Positions 1 through 5,157 of a DNA stretch of 27,010 nucleotides are shown one piece after another. Made by a program: the position numbers and the translations under genes. The stretch comes from a virus (Duplodnaviria > Caudoviricetes): IMG/VR virus record IMGVR_UViG_3300025082_000056, positions 1 to 27,010 of that record, one strand, 5' to 3'. The first letter of the stretch is position 1. Every line of letters starts with the position of its first letter. The notes under the pieces are model-generated. The model ran no database searches. It had not been told where the DNA came from and saw nothing but the letters and a program-made list of their open reading frames with translations.

Positions 1-115
1 TTCTTTTATATCTTTCAGCTCTTGGAGTAGTTTTACCATAAAAAGTTGTGGGTCCTTCCCACGCTCTTCTCATGGATTTTTTCCCAGCAGCTTTACAGTT
101 TTCGTATTCACTCAT
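1..115 (-). CDS. Hypothetical protein, partial (runs off the left edge); not in ORF track
   Basis: ATG at 115 overlaps the upstream TGA (ATGA); frame MSEYENCKAAGKKSMRRAWEGPTTFYGKTTPRAERYKR is open to the edge. Confidence 0.65.
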   Translation of the reverse strand, partial: MSEYENCKAAGKKSMRRAWEGPTTFYGKTTPRAERYKR

Positions 116-234
116 TTTTTATATCCTGTTCCTTTTTTTCTACTACACCATCTTTTATTCCATGCCCATGCATTAAGTTTGGAACTATAGTGTTCTACAA
201 TACTGTAAAAATAATCTATCATTTTTTGATTCAT
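112..234 (-). CDS. Small hypothetical phage protein, 40 aa; not in ORF track
   Basis: MNQKMIDYFYSIVEHYSSKLNAWAWNKRWCSRKKGTGYKK; coupled by TAATG overlap at 234 and ATGA overlap at 112-115, exactly filling the gap. Confidence 0.75.
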   Translation of the reverse strand: MNQKMIDYFYSIVEHYSSKLNAWAWNKRWCSRKKGTGYKK

Positions 235-716
235 TAAACGCATGGAAGAAGATTAGGTGTACTAATTAAATTTTTTACAACAGCAGTAGTAGTTGTCAAT
301 ACCTGTTTCCTTAATTTTTCGACCTTTTTTCTTAATACTTTCCTTTTATCTCCATTAGCTTCTTTTTTAAGATCAAGATATAAACGATAGTATTCTATCC
401 ATTTTAATTGTCGGTGAGTAAATGTAATGTGTCCTTCTCTGACAGCTCTAAAATATTGTTCTTTAACTATTTGAGGGTCCCATCCTGATTGCCAACATAT
501 CCAATTGAAGTCTTGGTTCTCTTTAGTGATCCATTGATGGGCTTCCATTTTATGAATGCTTGATTTTCTATCCGAGTGTAAAATTCGGGTATCTTCTACA
601 GCATTTAATAATACATGACGCCATAATCTCTGTTCAGGGCAATAATGATTTTGAGAAATTAAAGATTCAGCGATTTCAATGCCCATAAGTTTTAATAAGG
701 TTGGTGAATAGGTCAC
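234..716 (-). CDS. Hypothetical phage protein (start may be the ATG at 686)
   Basis: 160-aa ORF with PEQRLWRHVLLNAVED and FNWICWQSGWDP segments and a basic helical C-terminus; co-oriented in the operon. Confidence 0.8.
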   Translation of the reverse strand: MTYSPTLLKLMGIEIAESLISQNHYCPEQRLWRHVLLNAVEDTRILHSDRKSSIHKMEAHQWITKENQDFNWICWQSGWDPQIVKEQYFRAVREGHITFTHRQLKWIEYYRLYLDLKKEANGDKRKVLRKKVEKLRKQVLTTTTAVVKNLISTPNLLPCV

Positions 717-897
717 GATAATGGTATTTAACCTCCGGTGCTATGTTTAACCCAGAAGCGACCTGGTATTGTTTTTCCACATCTTCAATCATCCTGTGGA
801 TTTGTGCGCCTGACCATTTTTCCTCTCGTGGTACTATCAAAAGATTACGATTATTTTCAAAGATATTCATAGATGAATTATAACTTAGCATCATCAT
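676..897 (-). CDS. Hypothetical protein
   Basis: 73-aa ORF overlapping both neighbours; AGGA upstream; start uncertain. Confidence 0.7.
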   Translation of the reverse strand: MMMLSYNSSMNIFENNRNLLIVPREEKWSGAQIHRMIEDVEKQYQVASGLNIAPEVKYHYRDLFTNLIKTYGH

Positions 898-1147
898 CTT
901 TCCTACTCTTGAGCAGCTTGAGTTTTACTACATTATTAGTATGTTTTTTCTTCGTATGAAATTTATATAGATCATTTGCATCTGTTAGCATTTGTGGATC
1001 AAACTCTGGTTTATAACCAAAGCATACTCCATTGTGTAATGCAAACATTACACTTGTGATTTTATCATAATCTGATTTTTTTAAATTGGCCGCAAGGATG
1101 ACCAGAGCTTTGGTGTACTCAGTGATACCATCCTTCGATTTCGCCAT
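878..1147 (-). CDS. Hypothetical protein
   Basis: ATG at 1147 preceded by GAAGGA; 89 aa; C-terminal NNVVKL motif. Confidence 0.75.
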   Translation of the reverse strand: MAKSKDGITEYTKALVILAANLKKSDYDKITSVMFALHNGVCFGYKPEFDPQMLTDANDLYKFHTKKKHTNNVVKLKLLKSRKDDDAKL

Positions 1148-1328
1148 CAATATATCCTTCTACATATCTCATAATATTTAAAAATAATTGATTGTTGATC
1201 CGTGGGCCGTGATCTTTGTGTCCTGAACCATCGCAGTGGATGCAAGTTCCAGTATTTATTTGTCCTTTAATATATCCATTCCCTTTACAAAAAGTACAAA
1301 TCTCATACTTAATTTCTTTCTTATCCAT
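1119..1328 (-). CDS. Small DnaJ-type zinc-finger protein
   Basis: Two CxxCxGxG motifs (CTFCKGNG, CIHCDGSG); AAGGTG upstream. Confidence 0.8.
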   Translation of the reverse strand: MDKKEIKYEICTFCKGNGYIKGQINTGTCIHCDGSGHKDHGPRINNQLFLNIMRYVEGYIDGEIEGWYH

Positions 1329-1521
1329 TTTTCACCTTTCTTGCAAGTACATTAGAGATAACTCTGCCATCAGGTAATCTTACCCTATCTTTCCACTTAC
1401 AATCAATGACATAAGTTTTTTCTGATGTAGCGATTTTAAATTGAATTCCCCAGGGTTTATCTTCCCTCCAATAGTTCTGAAAATCCTTGATTTCTGTGTG
1501 TTTATTAAGCTTTTTTGCCAT
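1321..1521 (-). CDS. Hypothetical protein
   Basis: 66-aa ORF in the operon, 8-nt overlap with the downstream gene. Confidence 0.7.
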   Translation of the reverse strand: MAKKLNKHTEIKDFQNYWREDKPWGIQFKIATSEKTYVIDCKWKDRVRLPDGRVISNVLARKVKNG

Positions 1522-1530
1522 TCTTCTTTC

Positions 1531-1872
1531 TCATCTACCTCCTTTACAGAACGTATCTAATAAATTTTGTTCTTCTTTTTTTTTTAATTTATTGCGAGTT
1601 TCGTTATACTTTTCCCAACTTCCACTTAATTCATCTATTTCTTTTCTTAATTGAACATTAAGTTTTATAAGATCTTGATTAACACCCTTTTTAAAAACCA
1701 ACCTCCATAGCCAGGAACGGGTAATTGAAACTATTGTAAAAATTGCAGCAATTCCTAAACTGTCAAATATTGAGGGATGTAAATCAAAGAGCGGAAAAAT
1801 TAGCAACTGTATTAAAATTGCCAGAATAAATCCAGAGCCTACATCAATTAAGCTTTCAATTAAACTTCTCAT
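1531..1872 (-). CDS. Two-TM small phage membrane protein (DUF7220-like) with coiled-coil C-terminal extension
   Basis: AAGGAGG SD before ATG at 1872; RSLIESLIDVGSGFILAILIQLLIFPLF...IFTIVSITRSWLWRLVF. Family assigned from motif recall. Confidence 0.75.
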   Translation of the reverse strand: MRSLIESLIDVGSGFILAILIQLLIFPLFDLHPSIFDSLGIAAIFTIVSITRSWLWRLVFKKGVNQDLIKLNVQLRKEIDELSGSWEKYNETRNKLKKKEEQNLLDTFCKGGR

Positions 1873-1882
1873 ATACACCTCC

Positions 1883-2122
1883 TTAATTTATTAGTTTTCG
1901 CCATGATATGAATAAAGATTTAATTGCACTTAAACATTCTTCAAATTTTGATTCGGGATCATCTAACTTGATTCGGTTTCGCTCAACCCCATTAACCAAC
2001 AATACTAATTCTTGAGTCTTATGATAAAACCTAACACAAAATTCATCATATCCTGTTTCTTTAAAAATTTTTAGGTCCTCCAACTTACGATACTCTTCTA
2101 TGTCTTTTGGAGTCATTACCAT
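1883..2122 (-). CDS. Hypothetical protein
   Basis: 79-aa ORF with AAGGGG upstream of the ATG. Confidence 0.75.
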   Translation of the reverse strand: MVMTPKDIEEYRKLEDLKIFKETGYDEFCVRFYHKTQELVLLVNGVERNRIKLDDPESKFEECLSAIKSLFISWRKLIN

Positions 2123-2125
2123 TTA

Positions 2126-2326
2126 CTACCCCTTGGTTCCGTTGAGATATTTCTTTCTAAGGGCCTCAACACTTGTCCCTTCCTTCTTAGCTATGTGTTT
2201 CATGTAATCATTTACCAACTTAGAAATCATCCCTGCGGGTGCACGGAATTTTTCTTTACACATTCCTTTCAATAGCTTGTAGTCATCTATCTTTACAGCT
2301 ACGCTTTTCCATTTATTAATGTCCAT
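2126..2326 (-). CDS. Putative ribbon-helix-helix-like DNA-binding protein
   Basis: N-terminal alternating strand KWKSVAV followed by two predicted helices (DDYKLLKGMC, PAGMISKLV); AAGGA SD. Fold is inferred. Confidence 0.65.
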   Translation of the reverse strand: MDINKWKSVAVKIDDYKLLKGMCKEKFRAPAGMISKLVNDYMKHIAKKEGTSVEALRKKYLNGTKG

Positions 2327-2669
2327 TTTTATCCTTGTTATTATTGTTTAAGTCGTCTTTCATCTCCTGCAAGCCGGCTAAAACTTGTTTTCTAATTTTT
2401 TCAAGTTTATCAACTTGAAGTGTTTTAACTGTTAGTTCGTCATTCGTTGTTCCTAGGTCCGTGTGTAATTGTTTAATTGTACTTCCTGCTTTTCTTAATT
2501 GATCCTGGAGATATCCTTTTTGTTTTTGCAGAGCCCCGATTTCTTGTCGCTGTTCGGCCAGCAGCTTTAGAGACTCTGCATGATGTTTTTTTTCTTGAGT
2601 TATGTCATTTTCAGTACCCTCCATTTTTTTCTGTAAATTTTTTAATTCTGCTACCATTGGGTCATACAT
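2316..2669 (-). CDS. Coiled-coil hypothetical protein
   Basis: 117 aa, rich in L/Q/K/E with heptad character. Confidence 0.75.
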   Translation of the reverse strand: MYDPMVAELKNLQKKMEGTENDITQEKKHHAESLKLLAEQRQEIGALQKQKGYLQDQLRKAGSTIKQLHTDLGTTNDELTVKTLQVDKLEKIRKQVLAGLQEMKDDLNNNNKDKNGH

Positions 2670-2670
2670 A

Positions 2671-2817
2671 TTAAAATACCCACGCTATAAAGTTGTTTAG
2701 TAATGTTGCTGCTGCAACACCAATTATAAATCCAGCTATACCACAAACAATTTCTGTTTTGTAATAGAAAGAGTTCATAGCTAAATCTTTTAAAAATTTT
2801 TTAATAGAAAAGTCCAT
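2671..2817 (-). CDS. Small single-TM membrane protein, 48 aa; not in ORF track
   Basis: MDFSIKKFLKDLAMNSFYYKTEIVCGIAGFIIGVAAATLLNNFIAWVF; stop lies 1 nt before the next ATG. Confidence 0.7.
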   Translation of the reverse strand: MDFSIKKFLKDLAMNSFYYKTEIVCGIAGFIIGVAAATLLNNFIAWVF

Positions 2818-2914
2818 AAATCATATATCCTATAAGTAATAAAAATAATTTTGGACTTAGTAACATACCAAGTGCAAACATTATCATTAACGCGTTTTTA
2901 ATTTCCCTTTCCAT
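2801..2914 (-). CDS. Small hydrophobic membrane peptide, 37 aa; not in ORF track
   Basis: MEREIKNALMIMFALGMLLSPKLFLLLIGYMIYGLFY; AAAGGA upstream; overlaps both neighbours by 17 nt. Confidence 0.65.
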   Translation of the reverse strand: MEREIKNALMIMFALGMLLSPKLFLLLIGYMIYGLFY

Positions 2915-3167
2915 CTTTTTTTCCTTTCTCTAATTTTTGTATTGCTTCATTAATTTTATTTTGATTTATAAAGTCTTCTTTTGGTTTTTGATTTTCTTTA
3001 TCTAAATGATCTAACAGATCACCCATTTTACCTAGATCCGTATGTGCCTGGTCTATTATTTTTTTTGGAGTTTTTGGATTCTGTAAAAACTTTGCAATTA
3101 TTAAAAGAGTTTCCTTGAATGTAGGAATCTTTTTACCACACGCATAACAACCGTATTTATTTTCCAT
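2898..3167 (-). CDS. Hypothetical protein with N-terminal CxxC
   Basis: Likely start at ATG 3167 (GGGAAGGA upstream); CYACGKKIP motif. Confidence 0.75.
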   Translation of the reverse strand: MENKYGCYACGKKIPTFKETLLIIAKFLQNPKTPKKIIDQAHTDLGKMGDLLDHLDKENQKPKEDFINQNKINEAIQKLEKGKKDGKGN

Positions 3168-3414
3168 TTCCTTCCCTTCTTGTTGCCAATTCATCATACA
3201 TTAAATCATTAGCTAGTGTGGTATGAATCGGATTTATTTCTTTGTTCTCTTTTGTTGTAATTTTTAATTCTTTAAGACTATCTTTATAGTCATCAAATCT
3301 AATTGAATCCTCCAATGGAGTACCATCAGCATCATGAGAAGGTATCCTACTTAATTGTTCATCTACCTGTTCTATGATATTATGCCATAAAGAACTTTTA
3401 CTTTTTATTTTCAT
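3157..3414 (-). CDS. Hypothetical protein, first gene of the leftward small-gene operon
   Basis: 85-aa ORF; no SD; ATG 6 nt after a -10 box. Confidence 0.8.
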   Translation of the reverse strand: MKIKSKSSLWHNIIEQVDEQLSRIPSHDADGTPLEDSIRFDDYKDSLKELKITTKENKEINPIHTTLANDLMYDELATRREGNGK

Positions 3415-3420
3415 AGTTCT

Positions 3421-3449
3421 TATATATATGGGAGATAATATAAAGTCAA
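3421..3449 (-). promoter_or_regulatory. sigma70-like promoter, predicted leaderless transcript
   Basis: TTGACT(3449-3444)-N17-TATATA(3426-3421)-N6-ATG(3414). Confidence 0.7.
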
Positions 3450-3450
3450 G

Positions 3451-3693
3451 ATGAAATTTGTCCTGAGCATGATTATTTGTAGCTCTGTTTATCAGCAGTG
3501 TTTACCCCCTCATCCAATGCCTGATTTATACAACTCTCACTATGAGTGTCTGATTTCAGGGTATAATGAGTCCATTAAAAAAGCTAAGGAAATAGGGCCT
3601 CAAGAAGTTAATAAATATGGTACTATTATCAAATTCATGTGTATTGATGAAGCCCTTATATTACCTAAACCTAAACCAGGCACAGAAACCTAA
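3451..3693 (+). CDS. Small four-cysteine protein with hydrophobic N-terminus
   Basis: 80 aa; C10, C17, C33, C64; MKFVLSMII N-terminus; TATAAA 6 nt before the ATG. Confidence 0.8.
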   Translation: MKFVLSMIICSSVYQQCLPPHPMPDLYNSHYECLISGYNESIKKAKEIGPQEVNKYGTIIKFMCIDEALILPKPKPGTET

Positions 3694-3722
3694 TTGACAT
3701 TATGGCAGAATTTTGGTAGCGC
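3694..3722 (+). promoter_or_regulatory. sigma70-like promoter, predicted leaderless transcript
   Basis: TTGACA(3694-3699)-N17-TAGCGC with TG extension (TGGTAGCGC)-N6-ATG(3729); the -10 box is weak. Confidence 0.55.
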
Positions 3723-3728
3723 TAGGCT

Positions 3729-3998
3729 ATGAAAGAGGCTGTTATGTATGTGCTATTTGGAAGTATGTGTTGGGCCGTGGAAAGTGGTCCAGGCTTAATA
3801 GGTGGAGAAAAATGCAGTAATATCTACGAATATGAGAAATCACGCCATACAAGCCTTGAGAGCTGTCTTCACAGAGCTGACTACCTTGGTACCCAAATAC
3901 AGCTAAATCTTAAAAATAGAGGGTCCTACGCCACAGAAATGACTATTAATTGTATTCCTTCAGACTATTCTATGACCCACAGCATAGCATGGAAATAG
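3729..3998 (+). CDS. Small four-cysteine protein, probable distant paralogue of 3451-3693
   Basis: 89 aa; C14, C29, C46, C75; shares SxxxCL and terminal CI motifs with its neighbour. Confidence 0.75.
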   Translation: MKEAVMYVLFGSMCWAVESGPGLIGGEKCSNIYEYEKSRHTSLESCLHRADYLGTQIQLNLKNRGSYATEMTINCIPSDYSMTHSIAWK

Positions 3999-4000
3999 TA

Positions 4001-4030
4001 TTGACAAACAACCCTACGGTGTCTTATATT
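4001..4030 (+). promoter_or_regulatory. sigma70-like promoter, predicted leaderless transcript
   Basis: TTGACA(4001-4006)-N18-TATATT(4025-4030)-N5-ATG(4036). Confidence 0.7.
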
Positions 4031-4035
4031 AACTT

Positions 4036-4374
4036 ATGAAGCTATATCGCATCCAAGCTTTCGTATATGGCTCCTATTTAAATGGGAATGTGGAAGCTCC
4101 GGACGATAAAGCTGCTCTGTTAAAGTTTGCAGAGCTTGTTGAACAAGGACATATTAAAGTAGATACTTCGAACGAACAAAGTTTAAAAGGATTCTACGCA
4201 GATAAAGGTGTCCGGCTAACGTACGAGGAGTTTACCAATGGCGTTACAAATGATGGTACAAGAGAAGCTAAACTTAGAGCACAAATGGGCTCGGTTGGCT
4301 ACTACGGGTCAACAGGACGAGATGAAAGTGGCCTCATTTCGAATAAAAGACCTGAAGACACAGATAGAAATTAA
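4036..4374 (+). CDS. Hypothetical phage protein
   Basis: 112-aa ORF, MKLYRIQA...VEAPDDKAAL...LTYEE; its C-terminal ~45 codons overlap the next gene. Confidence 0.8.
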   Translation: MKLYRIQAFVYGSYLNGNVEAPDDKAALLKFAELVEQGHIKVDTSNEQSLKGFYADKGVRLTYEEFTNGVTNDGTREAKLRAQMGSVGYYGSTGRDESGLISNKRPEDTDRN

Positions 4375-4411
4375 AGTGGAACAGGAACAGAAACCTAGTA
4401 TAGCTAGTTAG
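4238..4411 (+). CDS. Small helical hypothetical protein, 57 aa, overlapping 4036-4374 in the +1 frame; not in ORF track
   Basis: GAGGAG SD at 4225-4230, 7 nt before ATG 4238; MALQMMVQEKLNLEHKWARLATTGQQDEMKVASFRIKDLKTQIEIKVEQEQKPSIAS; ends overlapping the convergent stop at 4404. Confidence 0.75.
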   Translation: MALQMMVQEKLNLEHKWARLATTGQQDEMKVASFRIKDLKTQIEIKVEQEQKPSIAS

Positions 4412-4847
4412 ATACAGGGGCTACTTTAATTCCTTCCTTAAAAAGGGGTAAAACCTTAAGGGTATACTCGCGCATATCTTTTTCAAACAAGAATGACATA
4501 TCACATATATCCGGGTGTTTCTCATCACACTTACCATTTAAAGCTTTTAAAAAATTTTCTTCATCAGCGTTTTTTGCTCTATAAACTAAAGCATACTCAC
4601 CTATTTTTTTAAAATATTTTAATCGCTTTGCACCATCTATTAATAAATTATTTTCATCTATTACTATTGGATTTAGCATTCCATTTTTTTTAAAATGTTT
4701 TTCTTCTTCTTCATCAACAGTAATTTCTACAGTAGGAACCATAGTAATTTTGTCAAAGGCTATGTGAACTAATCTAGTTTTAAACAATTGATACCAGGGG
4801 TGAACCGTGGTCGTTGATCCTTGAGTCGTGGTTAATAATTCAGCCAT
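4404..4847 (-). CDS. ParB/sulfiredoxin-like N-terminal domain protein
   Basis: FKKNGMLNPIVIDENNLLIDGAKRL matches the ParB-N signature (G.hhPIhh...hIDGxxR); GAGGT SD. Confidence 0.75.
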   Translation of the reverse strand: MAELLTTTQGSTTTVHPWYQLFKTRLVHIAFDKITMVPTVEITVDEEEEKHFKKNGMLNPIVIDENNLLIDGAKRLKYFKKIGEYALVYRAKNADEENFLKALNGKCDEKHPDICDMSFLFEKDMREYTLKVLPLFKEGIKVAPVSN

Positions 4848-5157
4848 TGGCTACCTCGTGAAATTTAAGTTGTCTTCTTTTAGATAGGTAAGGTAACATT
4901 GTTCTTAAAATATCTAAAGCTTTTTCTTTCTTAGTTACTCTCCAGCTGTACATTAATTTATGTTTAGGGTCTTTTGGCTGCCTAGAATAGATAGCTCCCG
5001 TTTTAAAAAAAGTTAAAAATCTTAATACTATATCTCCATCGGACATATCTACTGCCACTCTTAATTGTTTTGTTTTATTCTTCCCCTTTGACCATATTCC
5101 AAAGGTTCCTTCTCCATCAAATACACCAGCTAAATATCCTAATTCATCATTTGGCAT
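4840..5157 (-). CDS. Free-standing single-motif LAGLIDADG homing endonuclease-like protein
   Basis: LGYLAGVFDGEGTF motif, VAVDMSD strand, YSWRV, and MLPYLSKRR tail typical of the family. Confidence 0.85.
   Translation of the reverse strand: MPNDELGYLAGVFDGEGTFGIWSKGKNKTKQLRVAVDMSDGDIVLRFLTFFKTGAIYSRQPKDPKHKLMYSWRVTKKEKALDILRTMLPYLSKRRQLKFHEVANG

Noticed and set aside
46-237. + strand 63-aa ORF (and 2477-2674)
   Set aside because: Antisense to coupled - strand genes; non-ATG starts, no SD, and Phe/Ser-rich composition typical of shadow ORFs.
1505-1534. Mini-ORF MRKKNGKKA after AAGGAGGT
   Set aside because: SD-to-ATG spacing is only 2 nt and the product is 9 aa; cannot be supported.
1576-1585. 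A10 run on the coding strand as a programmed frameshift or slippage site
   Set aside because: Both alternative frames hit stops within about 11 codons and create no fusion; A-runs are common in this genome.
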